Assembly: GCA_963604975.1 (NCBI GenBank) | Contig: CAVCSC010000008.1 | Coordinates: 1,167 to 65,166, forward strand | Direction of reading: 5' to 3' | Source: Lachnospiraceae bacterium | GTDB taxonomy: Bacteria > Bacteroidota > Bacteroidia > Bacteroidales > Bacteroidaceae | Length of the DNA stretch: 64,000 nucleotides | Shown: positions 9,249 through 18,886 of the stretch, piece after piece | Numbering within the stretch: the first letter of the stretch is position 1 | How the letters are laid out: every line of letters begins with the position of its first letter | Program-made: the position numbers and the translations under genes | The notes under the pieces: generated by a model | What the model was told of the DNA's origin: nothing | The model's database searches: none | The model's input: the letters and a program-made list of their open reading frames with translations, nothing else

Positions 9249-11317
9249 ATTACGTCAAAAGCGCGCTCGTCAACATCTGCCGTCTCATGCTCGCCCTGGT
9301 GTTCATCCTCTCCGGATACGTCAAGGCCGTAGACCCGCTGGGCACGCTCTACAAGATCAACGACTACCTCGCAGCATGGTCGATACCGGGCATTCTGCCC
9401 GACTGGATTCTTCTCGCCGTGGCCGTGGCCATGTCTGCCGTAGAGTTCACATTCGGTATCTCCCTACTGTTTGCCATCCAGCGCCGGCTGACGTCCAAAC
9501 TCGTCACCGTCATCATGGTAGCGATGACCGCCGTCACAATATGGCTCTACGCTACCGACGGTGTGAAAGACTGCGGATGCTTCGGTGATGCCATCGTACT
9601 GACCAACGGACAGACACTCGTCAAGAACGTCATACTGCTGGCATGCTCCGTCATCATAAGCATTTGGCCGATGAGTATGCCGCGGCTCATATCGCGCTCC
9701 AACCAATGGATTGTCGTCAACTACACGGTCGTGTTCGTACTTCTGACAAGCCTTATCAGTTTGTACGGACTACCCAGATTCGACTTCCGTCCCTACCACG
9801 TCGGTGCCAACATCAGACAGGGAATGGAAATACCCGTAGGAGCAGAAGCACCCGAGTTCGAGACCACCTTCACGCTACGCAAAGGCAACGTGACCCGCGA
9901 GTTCACCCTCGACAACTACCCCGACTCCACATGGACATTCGTTGACAGCAAGACCGTACAGACCAAGAAAGGATACGAACCGCCGATACACGACTTCTCC
10001 ATCACACGCAATGACACCGGAGACGACATCACCGATGAGGTGCTCGACAACAAAGGCTACACGTTCCTGCTCATATCGCCCAACCTCGAAACCGCCGACG
10101 ACAGCAATTTCGGCGACATCGACCAGATATCCGAGTACGCCCACGCCCACAACATACCGTTCTACTGTCTGACGGCCAGCGGCGACAAGGCCATCGCAAG
10201 ATGGAAAGACATCACCGGAGCAGACTACCCATTCTGCACCACCGATGGAACAACGCTCAAGACCATCATCCGCAGCAATCCCGGACTGGTACTGATCAAG
10301 GACGCCACCATCATACGCAAGTGGAGCCACAACCGTCTGCCCGACATGACCACCGTCAGCGGACGTCTCGAAGACAGTGAAATCGGGCAAATGTCCGATG
10401 ACTCCGTTCCCCGGAAGATAGCAAAACTGCTACTGGGATTTGTCCTTCCCCTCACCCTCCTCACCATCGCCGACAGGCTCTGGGCTTGGACAAAATGGCT
10501 GAAAAAGAAACGCAACGAAAACAAAATATACCAAATCATTAAACATAAAAGAAAAATGAGAAAGAAAATTGTAGCAGGCAACTGGAAAATGAACATGAAC
10601 CTGCAAGACGGTGTTGCCCTCGCAAAAGAAATCAACGAGGCACTGGTAGCCGACAAACCCAACTGCGGTGTCATCATCTGCACACCCTTCATCCACCTCG
10701 CTTCTGTAGCACAGGTACTCGACGCTGAGGTCGTAGGTCTCGGTGCAGAGAACTGCGCTGACAAGGCCAAGGGCGCATACACTGGTGAAGTGTCTGCCGA
10801 GATGGTCAAGAGCACCGGCGCACAGTACGTCATCCTCGGCCACTCCGAGCGTCGTCAGTACTACGGAGAGACCGCAGAGATACTGAAAGAGAAGGTAGAA
10901 CTCGCTTTGGCCAATGGCCTGAAGGTCATCTTCTGCTGCGGTGAGACTCTCGAAGAGCGTGAGGCTGAGAAGCAAAACGAGGTTGTAAAGGCTGAACTTG
11001 ACGGTTCTGTATTCCACCTCGATGCAGAGGCTTGGAAGAACATCATCCTCGCCTACGAGCCCATCTGGGCCATCGGTACCGGCAAGACCGCTACTGCAGA
11101 CCAGGCTGAAGAGATGCTCGCCTACATCCGTTCTATCGTAGCCGAGAAGTACGGTCAGGAAGCCGCCGAAGACACTACCATCCTCTACGGTGGAAGCTGC
11201 AAGGCAAGCAACGCTCCTGAGCTCTTCTCTAAGCCCAACATCGACGGTGGTCTGATCGGCGGCGCTTCTTTGAAGACTGCTGACTTCAAGGGCATCATCG
11301 ACGCTTGGAAGAAATAA
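9245..11317 (+). CDS. BT_3928-like DoxX/MauE membrane protein running in frame into triosephosphate isomerase
   Basis: [39 protein letters not shown]; no stop before [11 protein letters not shown]. Confidence 0.85.
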   Translation: MNYVKSALVNICRLMLALVFILSGYVKAVDPLGTLYKINDYLAAWSIPGILPDWILLAVAVAMSAVEFTFGISLLFAIQRRLTSKLVTVIMVAMTAVTIWLYATDGVKDCGCFGDAIVLTNGQTLVKNVILLACSVIISIWPMSMPRLISRSNQWIVVNYTVVFVLLTSLISLYGLPRFDFRPYHVGANIRQGMEIPVGAEAPEFETTFTLRKGNVTREFTLDNYPDSTWTFVDSKTVQTKKGYEPPIHDFSITRNDTGDDITDEVLDNKGYTFLLISPNLETADDSNFGDIDQISEYAHAHNIPFYCLTASGDKAIARWKDITGADYPFCTTDGTTLKTIIRSNPGLVLIKDATIIRKWSHNRLPDMTTVSGRLEDSEIGQMSDDSVPRKIAKLLLGFVLPLTLLTIADRLWAWTKWLKKKRNENKIYQIIKHKRKMRKKIVAGNWKMNMNLQDGVALAKEINEALVADKPNCGVIICTPFIHLASVAQVLDAEVVGLGAENCADKAKGAYTGEVSAEMVKSTGAQYVILGHSERRQYYGETAEILKEKVELALANGLKVIFCCGETLEEREAEKQNEVVKAELDGSVFHLDAEAWKNIILAYEPIWAIGTGKTATADQAEEMLAYIRSIVAEKYGQEAAEDTTILYGGSCKASNAPELFSKPNIDGGLIGGASLKTADFKGIIDAWKK
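10556..11317 (+). CDS. tpiA: Triosephosphate isomerase (internal start)
   Basis: [49 protein letters not shown]. Confidence 0.97.
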   Translation: MRKKIVAGNWKMNMNLQDGVALAKEINEALVADKPNCGVIICTPFIHLASVAQVLDAEVVGLGAENCADKAKGAYTGEVSAEMVKSTGAQYVILGHSERRQYYGETAEILKEKVELALANGLKVIFCCGETLEEREAEKQNEVVKAELDGSVFHLDAEAWKNIILAYEPIWAIGTGKTATADQAEEMLAYIRSIVAEKYGQEAAEDTTILYGGSCKASNAPELFSKPNIDGGLIGGASLKTADFKGIIDAWKK

Positions 11318-11354
11318 CAACAACAGAAAACACACGCCTCTAAAGGCGACAGAC

Positions 11355-11389
11355 ATGGAGACGCGGCCACATCTTGGCCACGTCTCCAT
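11355..11389 (+). terminator. Stem-loop after tpiA
   Basis: ATGGAGACGCGGCCA..TGGCCACGTCTCCAT. Confidence 0.55.
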
Positions 11390-11434
11390 ATTGAGTTTTT
11401 CACGACACCCACCACAAATCAAAGTACAGACCCT

Positions 11435-12124
11435 ATGCGTCAATCCGTCGTCCTCACCATAGCCCTGTGCTGCGCCACCACTACAGGCATGGCACAAAAC
11501 TACACCAAGCACCTGCAACAGAAAGAGCCTGGCCGGGCGACCGTCGTTGTCAAGCAAAGTGCAGACATCGACGAATTGGTGAACAACACCGACGTGTCGC
11601 ACAACAAGAAGACGACACCCGCCCCCACAAGACAAGACGTCACCCCCACCAAAAAGACAACACCCTCGCCAGCCACCCCGGAGCACAAGACGACAACGCC
11701 GGAAAACAAACCCGCAGGCGCAGAGCATAAGCCCACGTCCCCAGAACATAAGCCTACAGGCACAGAGCACAAGCCCACAGCAAAACCGGAAACGCCCCGC
11801 AGCGAGACAGAAACAGAAACGCCCGGTGTAGACACCCGCCGCAAAGTGATGCGCCGGAGTTACAAGGTCAAGGGCTACCGCGTACAGGTATTTGCCGGCG
11901 GCAACTCCCGCGAAGACAAACTCAAGGCCCAACGTGCAGGCAACGACCTCAAGGCCGCCTTCCCCAACCAGCCCGTATACGTGCATTTCTACTCCCCACG
12001 ATGGATATGCCGCATGGGTAACTTCCGTACCTACGAGGAAGCCAGCCACGTACTCCGCGAGGTACAGAAACTCGGTTACAAACAAGCCTGCATCGTCAGC
12101 GGACAAATCACCGTTGCCTATTGA
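11435..12124 (+). CDS. SPOR domain protein with signal peptide and Pro/Thr-rich repeat linker
   Basis: C-terminal GYRVQVF.G..R...A.......F....Y..F.SP.W..R.GNF.T.EEA. Confidence 0.85.
   Translation: MRQSVVLTIALCCATTTGMAQNYTKHLQQKEPGRATVVVKQSADIDELVNNTDVSHNKKTTPAPTRQDVTPTKKTTPSPATPEHKTTTPENKPAGAEHKPTSPEHKPTGTEHKPTAKPETPRSETETETPGVDTRRKVMRRSYKVKGYRVQVFAGGNSREDKLKAQRAGNDLKAAFPNQPVYVHFYSPRWICRMGNFRTYEEASHVLREVQKLGYKQACIVSGQITVAY
11678..11782 (+). repeat. Five degenerate 21-bp (7-aa) coding repeats
   Basis: [35 protein letters not shown]. Confidence 0.75.
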
Positions 12125-12159
12125 CAACGACATTCTACCAAGACATACATATATCAACA

Positions 12160-12753
12160 ATGAAGCCAGAAACAGAATTCAGAGAAGGACTCGACCAACT
12201 CGCCGACCACTACAAAAGCATTCTCGGCCTGCTCGGAGAAGATACCGAACGTGAAGGACTGCAAAAGACACCTATGCGGGTAGCGAAAGCCATGCAGGTG
12301 CTCACCCGCGGCTATACCCAAGACCCGCACAAAGTACTCACCGATGCCCTCTTTGCCGAGAAATACAACCAAATGGTCATCGTCAAAGATATCGACTTCT
12401 TCTCCATGTGCGAGCACCACATGCTCCCCTTCTACGGCAAAGCCCACGTCGCCTACATTCCCAACGGCTACATCACTGGTCTGAGCAAGATAGCACGCGT
12501 GGTCGACATCTACTCCCACAGACTGCAAGTACAGGAACGCCTGACCCAACAGATCAAGGACTGCATCGAGAACACCCTCCATCCGCTCGGTGTCATGGTG
12601 GTCATCGAAGCCAAACACATGTGCATGCAGATGCGCGGCGTAGAGAAGCAAAACTCCATCACCACGACAAGCGACTTCAGCGGAGCCTTCAATCAGGCCA
12701 AGACCCGAGAGGAATTCATGAACCTGCTGCGTGGAGAGTCAAAAAGAATATAG
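12160..12753 (+). CDS. folE: GTP cyclohydrolase I
   Basis: [43 protein letters not shown]. Confidence 0.97.
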   Translation: MKPETEFREGLDQLADHYKSILGLLGEDTEREGLQKTPMRVAKAMQVLTRGYTQDPHKVLTDALFAEKYNQMVIVKDIDFFSMCEHHMLPFYGKAHVAYIPNGYITGLSKIARVVDIYSHRLQVQERLTQQIKDCIENTLHPLGVMVVIEAKHMCMQMRGVEKQNSITTTSDFSGAFNQAKTREEFMNLLRGESKRI

Positions 12754-12903
12754 GCGGCCAACGGTAAAAAACATCGCAAACCGGAAAAATACGCCCGTCC
12801 CCCATGCAAGATTCTGCATTGCCCTACATTATATATATGATGTATACGAGATATATGATGTACACGGCAATACAACAACAAAATATCAAAAAACAACAAA
12901 ACA

Positions 12904-13572
12904 ATGAAACACATCAAGACCTACATCATGCTTGCCCTGGTTGCCCTCACCACCATTGGCACGATGACAGCATGTATCGGTGACGAGAGCGACAACAACG
13001 CCATCACTGCAGAAGAATACCGTCAGGCACTCATTTCCATGTCGGGCAACTACAATGGCAAGATACGCTTCTACCGTCCGAAGACCGCTTACGCACAACA
13101 ATACGAGAAGTACGACTCCACCTATACCACATGGCAGGTAAGAACCGACTCTACCGTCACCATCCGCCAATTCCCTGTCAGCAAGCTCGATTCGGCCATT
13201 GTCGTACCTGCAAGCGACAACAGTCCCGCAGCCACAAAAGCCCTGACCATCCGTGACGCCATCTCCAAAGCGTCTGCCAAAGACCTCAAGGCCTACTACT
13301 TCATTCCCAACAAGAACTTCATCGCAGATACCGGCATACAGTTCTATGTCAACCCCTACGTTATCGAAGTGCCTGTCACCTATGACGGCAGCAACCATAC
13401 ACTCTACTTCGCCTTCACCTCCAACTACTGCGGAGGCGTATGGACAAAGGCCGCCCTCACGTTTGAGTTCAACATGCAACTCTACGCCATCTGCATTGAC
13501 AATGCTAACGAGGCAAGCAAGATTTCGAGCACCTATGTCCGCAATGCCATGCTGACTTGCACCGCCAAATAA
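12904..13572 (+). CDS. Lipoprotein, DUF4840-like
   Basis: Lipobox MTAC followed by acidic residues; beta-rich body. Confidence 0.65.
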   Translation: MKHIKTYIMLALVALTTIGTMTACIGDESDNNAITAEEYRQALISMSGNYNGKIRFYRPKTAYAQQYEKYDSTYTTWQVRTDSTVTIRQFPVSKLDSAIVVPASDNSPAATKALTIRDAISKASAKDLKAYYFIPNKNFIADTGIQFYVNPYVIEVPVTYDGSNHTLYFAFTSNYCGGVWTKAALTFEFNMQLYAICIDNANEASKISSTYVRNAMLTCTAK

Positions 13573-13620
13573 ATCATCAGGCGAGTGTATAAGTAGCAGT
13601 AAGAAACAATAAAAAGAGAG

Positions 13621-13650
13621 GGTTGCGTTTGTCCTCAGACAAACGCAACC
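13621..13650. terminator. Perfect 13-bp hairpin
   Basis: GGTTGCGTTTGTC-CTCA-GACAAACGCAACC. Confidence 0.55.
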
Positions 13651-13668
13651 TATATTTAGACCACCACG

Positions 13669-14421
13669 ATGAAATTCATTTCATGGAACGTCAACGGCCT
13701 TAGGGCTTGTGTCGGCAAGGGTTTCGAAGAAAGTTTCGGAACCCTTGATGCCGACTTTTTTTGTCTTCAGGAGACCAAGATGCAGGCAGGACAACTCGAC
13801 CTGGCATTTCCCGGCTACGAGTCATACTGGAACTACGCCGACAAGAAAGGCTACTCGGGCACAGCCATCTACACCAAGCACCATCCGCTCAGCGTGAGAT
13901 ACGGCATGGGTATCGATGTCCACGACCACGAGGGACGTGTCATCACCCTTGAGATGCCCGACTTCTTCTTGGTCACAGTCTACACCCCCAACTCCCAGGA
14001 CGGCCTGCGCCGACTCGACTACCGCATGACGTGGGAAGACGATTTTCTGCGCTACCTCCAGTCGCTTGACCGCGAGAAACCTGTCATCGTCTGCGGCGAC
14101 CTCAACGTGGCCCACGAGGAGATCGACATCAAAAACCCCAAGACCAACCGCCGCAATGCGGGTTTCACCGACGAAGAACGCCAAAAGATGACCACCCTGC
14201 TCTCCCAAGGATTTGTCGATACCTTCCGCACCCTTCACCCCGAGGACGTCGTCTACTCATGGTGGTCCTACCGGTTCCACGCCCGCGAAAAAAATGCAGG
14301 ATGGCGCATCGACTACTTTCTCACGTCCGAACGCCTCCGCGACCGTCTCGAAGGAGCCGCCATACATACCGAAATCTACGGCAGCGACCACTGCCCGGTA
14401 GAACTCACCCTGAACGTCTGA
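13669..14421 (+). CDS. xth: Exodeoxyribonuclease III / AP endonuclease
   Basis: SWNVNGLRA, LQETK, GYSG, YTPNS, GDLNVAH, WRIDYF, SDHCP. Confidence 0.96.
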   Translation: MKFISWNVNGLRACVGKGFEESFGTLDADFFCLQETKMQAGQLDLAFPGYESYWNYADKKGYSGTAIYTKHHPLSVRYGMGIDVHDHEGRVITLEMPDFFLVTVYTPNSQDGLRRLDYRMTWEDDFLRYLQSLDREKPVIVCGDLNVAHEEIDIKNPKTNRRNAGFTDEERQKMTTLLSQGFVDTFRTLHPEDVVYSWWSYRFHAREKNAGWRIDYFLTSERLRDRLEGAAIHTEIYGSDHCPVELTLNV

Positions 14422-14450
14422 ATACGCACATATCACCCCACGATTTCCTC

Positions 14451-14489
14451 AAAAGCCACCTCTTTCACCCCGAAAAAGGTGGCTTTTTT
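14451..14489 (+). terminator. Intrinsic terminator
   Basis: AAAAGCCACCT..AGGTGGCTTTTTT. Confidence 0.75.
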
Positions 14490-14528
14490 GAAAAAATCGC
14501 ACAAAAAACAGAAAAAAGTCCGGATAGA

Positions 14529-14560
14529 TTTGCATATATCAAAAGATGTGCGTATCTTTG
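14529..14560 (+). promoter_or_regulatory. -33/-7 promoter of tRNA-Pro
   Basis: TTTG, 20-nt spacer, TATCTTTG. Confidence 0.7.
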
Positions 14561-14601
14561 CACCGCTTTTGGAAAGATACACATTTCCAAGCAGACAAAA
14601 T

Positions 14602-14675
14602 CGGGATGTAGCGCAGTTGGTTAGCGCACGCGTCTGGGGGGCGTGAGGTCGCAAGTTCGAGTCTTGTCATCCCGA
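14602..14675 (+). tRNA. tRNA-Pro (anticodon GGG), CCA not encoded
   Basis: Acceptor stem CGGGATG/CATCCCG, D-stem GCGC/GCGC, anticodon loop CT-GGG-GG, T-loop GTTCGA. Confidence 0.95.
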
Positions 14676-14684
14676 CTGTTAGTC

Positions 14685-14721
14685 AACAAAGTCGAATCCC
14701 TCGGGGTTCGACTTTTGTTTT
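14685..14721 (+). terminator. Hairpin after tRNA
   Basis: AAAGTCGAATCCC-TC-GGGGTTCGACTTTTGTTTT. Confidence 0.65.
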
Positions 14722-14764
14722 CAAACAATCACCACACATTATCAATTATCAATCAAAAAGTTCT

Positions 14765-15034
14765 ATGTACTTAGACAAAGCAAAAAAAGAAGAGATCTTT
14801 GGACAGTACGGAAAGTCTAACACTGATACTGGTTCCGCTGAGAGCCAGATAGCATTGTTCTCATACCGTATTTCCCACTTGACGGAGCACTTGAAGCAGA
14901 ACCGTAAAGATCATACTACCGCACGTTCACTGACCAAGTTGGTAGGAAAACGCCGTGCTTTGCTTGATTACCTTTACGACCGCGATATCAATCGTTACCG
15001 CGCCATCGTCAAGGCTCTTGGCCTCCGTCGCTAA
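14765..15034 (+). CDS. rpsO: 30S ribosomal protein S15
   Basis: [10 protein letters not shown]...I.HLTEHL...KDH...R.L...VGKRR.LL.YL...LGLR. Confidence 0.98.
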   Translation: MYLDKAKKEEIFGQYGKSNTDTGSAESQIALFSYRISHLTEHLKQNRKDHTTARSLTKLVGKRRALLDYLYDRDINRYRAIVKALGLRR

Positions 15035-15059
15035 TCAGCAAGCATTTGCTTCACCCATC

Positions 15060-15093
15060 AAAAAAGCCATTGTCCATCGACAATGGCTTTTTT
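15060..15093. terminator. Bidirectional intrinsic terminator
   Basis: AAAAAAAGCCATTGTC-CATC-GACAATGGCTTTTTT. Confidence 0.85.
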
Positions 15094-15146
15094 CGTATTA
15101 AGTCGGTGCTATTTTTTCGTATCAAGACAGGTAAGTAGATGTACTA

Positions 15147-15314
15147 CTAACAGTCGTCCAAATATCCTTTCGTAAATAGGTCATAAACGACGGCTTCCAG
15201 TTCGGGCAGCGACATCTGTTCTACGGCCCGCTCTATCTTTCTGACGAGTTCGTCACGTCTGTACTCGTTGTCTTCGCCCAGTCTCACGCCGGGTCTGTAC
15301 TCATTGTTTCTCAT
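15147..15314 (-). CDS. Small hypothetical protein, 55 aa (below the ORF-track cutoff)
   Basis: Hand translation: MRNNEYRPGVRLGEDNEYRRDELVRKIERAVEQMSLPELEAVVYDLFTKGYLDDC*. ATGA overlap with upstream stop; fills the gap to the terminator. Confidence 0.7.
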   Translation of the reverse strand: MRNNEYRPGVRLGEDNEYRRDELVRKIERAVEQMSLPELEAVVYDLFTKGYLDDC

Positions 15315-15796
15315 CTTGATGTTCTTGTACCTTTATTGTTGCCATAGCGGTCGCGATAGGTGGTCGTCTTGCCACGGGTCGTACCCGTACCTGTGGTCTG
15401 CCCGTAGCGGTCGCGATAGGTAGTGGTGGTGCCGCTGCCCGTCGTACGGGTAGTGCTTGTACCCGTAGTCGATCCGTAGCGGTCGCGGTAGGTGGTCTTG
15501 GTTTCCCCCGACCGGTTGGTGCGGGTCGTACTTGTGCCGGTGGTCGACCCGTAGCGGTCGCGGTAAGTGGTCTTTTCCTCTCCCGACCGGTTGGTGCGGG
15601 TCTCCGACCGCCCGGTAATACTTCCGTAGCGGTCACGGTAGACCGTAGTACGCCGCCCGTCAGCCGATACCGTCGTTTCGGCCGTACCTGTGACGCGCCC
15701 ATAACGGTCGCGCTGGGTCTCCTTGGTACGCGTGGTTTGCGCATCGACCAAGAGAGCAGAACAGAGCAACAGGGATATCAGTAACGTCTTTTTCAT
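15311..15796 (-). CDS. Secreted Thr/Arg/Gly-rich repeat protein (six RDRYG repeats)
   Basis: Signal peptide MKKTLLISLLLCSALLVDA-Q; repeats of ~TTYRDRYGSTTGTSTTRTNRSGE. Confidence 0.8.
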   Translation of the reverse strand: MKKTLLISLLLCSALLVDAQTTRTKETQRDRYGRVTGTAETTVSADGRRTTVYRDRYGSITGRSETRTNRSGEEKTTYRDRYGSTTGTSTTRTNRSGETKTTYRDRYGSTTGTSTTRTTGSGTTTTYRDRYGQTTGTGTTRGKTTTYRDRYGNNKGTRTSR

Positions 15797-15907
15797 ATAG
15801 GGTGTGTTTAGTGACGATAAAACTACAACATTTTTTCGGAATAAGCAAGTGACGCCCGTCAAAAATCTGTCCATATCCTATCTGACGGACTTCTATCGTG
15901 ACAGGCC

Positions 15908-16984
15908 TCACTGTCCGTCGCGATAGAAGTCGAGCGCCTCGGCAATCTCCTTCTCCGTGGCCGTTTGGTCGATACGCACGTCGCCGAGATTGGCAAGAAG
16001 CGTGAAATTGATATGGCCTGCAACATTCTTTTTGTCGTGCCGCATGAGCCGCAGTAGATTCGGGTAGTCGTCGCAGGTGAAGGCGATACGTCCATAGTGT
16101 TCACGCACAAAGGCGGCCACCTGACGCAGACGGTCTACAGGAAATCCCGCCTTGACACAACTCAGGTAGAGTTCACACACCAGTCCGTAGGCCACTGCAT
16201 AGCCATGAGGTATAGGCCGCCCTTTCTCCATCGCCCATGATTCGAACGCATGACCGACAGTATGTCCGAGATTGAGGGCCCGGCGCATACCATTCTCCGT
16301 AGGGTCATCGGCCACGATACGCTGTTTGACCGCTACCGACGTGGCCACCATGCGCTGCAGGCGTGTCCAGTCGGGATGCAGGATGTCAAACGTGACCAGT
16401 TCGCGCCATGCCGCAGCACCGCTGATGAGCGCATGCTTCACCATCTCGGCATAACCGGACAGCAGATCCGTCTGGTCAAGCGTAGCAAGAAACTGCGTAC
16501 TGAGTATCACACAGCGGCTGTCGGAGAAGAGCCCGATTTCGTTTTTCAGCCCACCGAAGTTCACCCCCGTCTTCCCTCCTACCGACGCATCGACCTGGGC
16601 AAGCAGTGTGGTCGGCACATTGATGAAAGCGATACCGCGCTTGAACGTGGAAGCAGCAAATCCACCGAGGTCGGTCACCATGCCTCCGCCGAGACAGACC
16701 AGACACGAGTGGCGTGTCGCCCCATGTTCTCCGAGCGCTTTCCACACCTGCACTACCGTATCAAGCGTCTTGCACACATCACCGCAACCGATGGTCACGA
16801 GGTGAGCGCTACGCAATATCTCCGACTGCTGCAACACCGGCCAGCAATGTCTCCGGGTATTCTCGTCGACAAGCACAAACAATCGGTCATACGCACATGC
16901 CGCGACCGCTTTTTCTGTATCGCGCACCACATCTTCTGAGAATACCAGACGTCCGTGGGAGAACGTTATATCGCATTCTATCAT
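15908..16984 (-). CDS. aroB: 3-dehydroquinate synthase
   Basis: GGGMVTDLGGF, PTTLLAQVDASVGGKTGVN, KNEIG, LNLGHTVGHAFE, HGYAVA, DKKN. Start moved to MIECDIT; the upstream extension is repeat-derived. Confidence 0.96.
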   Translation of the reverse strand: MIECDITFSHGRLVFSEDVVRDTEKAVAACAYDRLFVLVDENTRRHCWPVLQQSEILRSAHLVTIGCGDVCKTLDTVVQVWKALGEHGATRHSCLVCLGGGMVTDLGGFAASTFKRGIAFINVPTTLLAQVDASVGGKTGVNFGGLKNEIGLFSDSRCVILSTQFLATLDQTDLLSGYAEMVKHALISGAAAWRELVTFDILHPDWTRLQRMVATSVAVKQRIVADDPTENGMRRALNLGHTVGHAFESWAMEKGRPIPHGYAVAYGLVCELYLSCVKAGFPVDRLRQVAAFVREHYGRIAFTCDDYPNLLRLMRHDKKNVAGHINFTLLANLGDVRIDQTATEKEIAEALDFYRDGQ

Positions 16985-17015
16985 TCTTCTATCCGTTTGT
17001 TTCTTTTTCGTTTTT

Positions 17016-17123
17016 GTACAAGGGCCTTGTACGGGTCGTACAAAGGCCTTGTAGTGACCGTACAAGGGCCTTGTAGCAACCGTACAAAGCCTTTGTAGCA
17101 ATAGTACAAGACCTTTGCACAAA
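17016..17123. repeat. Five tandem 22-bp units, each with a palindromic core
   Basis: GTACAAGGGCCTTGTAcgggtc / GTACAAAGGCCTTGTAgtgacc / GTACAAGGGCCTTGTAgcaacc / GTACAAAGCCTTTGTAgcaata / GTACAAGACCTTTGCAcaaa. Confidence 0.9.
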
Positions 17124-17164
17124 TCCCATTGTGTATGGGGTGTATATTCTGCGGGCGAAGATAC

Positions 17165-17213
17165 AAAAAAAATACCATTCCGAGCGCAAATGACTTGCTC
17201 GCGGAATGGTATT
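17165..17213 (-). terminator. Intrinsic terminator after hsp20
   Basis: AATACCATTCCG..CGGAATGGTATT with A-run on the left. Confidence 0.7.
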
Positions 17214-17284
17214 CACCATCTATTAACCATTAATAATCTTGTCTTGTGCAACTACGCAAAGCGTCTGCCCGGGGCGAAAAGTCC

Positions 17285-17707
17285 CTATCCGATATGTATT
17301 TGTCGGCTGACCTTGGTCTCTTCGCGGTTGATCTTGGGCAGGTCTACCGTGAGCACACCGTCGGCTACGCTTGCGGCAATCTTGTCGCGGTCGACATCAT
17401 CGGGAAGGATGAGCGTCTGTTCAAAGTCGGCGTAGGAGAAGTCGCGGCGCAGATAGTGTACCGGCTCTTTCTTCTCAGCCGCATCGCGGTGGTTTTCCAT
17501 CTTGATGACCAGGTTGCCCTCGTCATTGATATGCACCGTGAAATTCTCCTTCTTCATGCCTGGTGCAGCCATTTCCACGATGTACTTTCCGACGGTTTCC
17601 TTCACGTTGATTGCGGGTGAAGTGGTGCGTCCCTTGGTCAGGCCTACATAGTCAAAGAAATCGTTGAACTCTTCAGGCAACCATGCGTTTCTATACGTTG
17701 TATCCAT
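17285..17707 (-). CDS. Hsp20/alpha-crystallin small heat-shock protein
   Basis: PAINVKE...Y.VEMAAPG..KENF, RRDFSY..F...LP..V...I.A...GVL.V.LPK. Confidence 0.93.
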   Translation of the reverse strand: MDTTYRNAWLPEEFNDFFDYVGLTKGRTTSPAINVKETVGKYIVEMAAPGMKKENFTVHINDEGNLVIKMENHRDAAEKKEPVHYLRRDFSYADFEQTLILPDDVDRDKIAASVADGVLTVDLPKINREETKVSRQIHIG

Positions 17708-17792
17708 AAGATATTTCCTCCTAATTGTTTTGTTGGGTCTATTGTTTTCTTTTTCTTCGGACCGCCTTGCGGACGGCCTTCACCGTGTATAC

Positions 17793-17808
17793 TGCAACAT
17801 ATGTACCA
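17793..17808 (-). promoter_or_regulatory. Putative sigma54 (-24/-12) promoter of hsp20
   Basis: Minus strand TGGTAC-ATATG-TTGCA: GG-N10-GC spacing, one mismatch to TGGCAC-N5-TTGCW. Confidence 0.6.
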
Positions 17809-17864
17809 TAGGAGAAAACCGTGTCAACCTGTCGCTCGTGGAGGACAAAATGACACAACCATGG

Positions 17865-18824
17865 TCATCGTATATACTCTTGTACAAACTGCGTCACCCG
17901 TGCCGTATACTCATCACGATGATCCTTGTACGAGTGGGCATGCGCACTGCCCGGCGCTATCCACAACGCCTTTGGTTCGGGTTTGGCGGCATAGAGCGGA
18001 TGCACCATTGCCGTAGGCACAAACGTGTCGGCACTGCCGTGTATGAAGAGCATCGGCTTTTCGCATTTGGCTACTTGGCGCAAGGGAGAGGCTTCGCCGA
18101 ATGTCCATCCGTACCGTATGCGGCAGAGTGCGTCACTGGTATAGAGCAGAGGAAAGGCGGGAAGGGAGAACTGATTGCGGAGTTCGCCTTGGAATTCGTC
18201 CCAGACGCTGGTATAGCCACAGTCCTCCACAAAGCAGCGCACCGCGTCGGATGTCTTCTCACCCGACACACACATCGTCGTTGCGGCCCCCATCGACACG
18301 CCATGCACCACGATGCGTGCCGTATCGGTTGTGCTGCAAAACATCTGCGGGGCAAGGTCTATCCAGCGCATCACGTCGAGACGGTCTTTCCAGCCCATAC
18401 GTATATCGTCACCATCGCTACAGCCATGACCGTGGAGGTCGGGCAAGAGAATGTTGTACCCTAACACCTTATTATATATACGCGCGTAGGGGAGCATGTG
18501 TACCAGCCGGTTTTTGTAGCCGTGTACCAGTACGGCTGTCCGTCCGTGTGCCGTCCGCGATCGGATGTAGAGCGCATACTGGCGTTCACCGTCGGGCAGG
18601 GTGATGAGCGTGTCGCTGACGGCACCCTCATGCCGCAGACTGTCGAGCCACGGGCGCAGTTCAGGATAGGTACGCATGACTGACGCATACCCGGCATTGG
18701 TACTACGGTCGCGGTCGGCATTCGACAGGGCAAAGTCTACCATGTAGCAATTGCCGGCGGCGAGGACGACAAGAACAAGTGCAAAAAAGACAAGAAGAGC
18801 TGTGAGGATTTTCCGTCGTTTCAT
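17865..18824 (-). CDS. Alpha/beta hydrolase, N-terminally anchored
   Basis: LVHGY, D..GHG.S.G, nucleophile elbow HGVSMGA, FIHG..D..VP, AH. Confidence 0.9.
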   Translation of the reverse strand: MKRRKILTALLVFFALVLVVLAAGNCYMVDFALSNADRDRSTNAGYASVMRTYPELRPWLDSLRHEGAVSDTLITLPDGERQYALYIRSRTAHGRTAVLVHGYKNRLVHMLPYARIYNKVLGYNILLPDLHGHGCSDGDDIRMGWKDRLDVMRWIDLAPQMFCSTTDTARIVVHGVSMGAATTMCVSGEKTSDAVRCFVEDCGYTSVWDEFQGELRNQFSLPAFPLLYTSDALCRIRYGWTFGEASPLRQVAKCEKPMLFIHGSADTFVPTAMVHPLYAAKPEPKALWIAPGSAHAHSYKDHRDEYTARVTQFVQEYIR

Positions 18825-18886
18825 GTTGATATTTGTTAGGGGGGGGAAAAAGTGGGGAGGAGACTAAAAAAAAGTTTTTCTTGTTG

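Noticed and set aside
10430..12160. 576-aa minus-strand ORF
   Set aside because: Antisense shadow of tpiA and the SPOR gene.
14602..14760. tRNA-Pro as an integration site
   Set aside because: No integrase and no duplicated tRNA 3' end found; rpsO follows directly.
15345..15715. Regularly spaced GTAGCGGTCGCG repeats resembling an array
   Set aside because: They are the coding repeats (RDRY) of the secreted protein, with synonymous variation.
17016..17123. Possible CRISPR array
   Set aside because: Linkers are only 6 nt, units degenerate and no cas genes are present; kept as a tandem palindromic repeat.
18839..18846. G8 homopolymer upstream of the alpha/beta hydrolase
   Set aside because: Short, intergenic and not within a recognisable promoter spacer; no support for phase variation.
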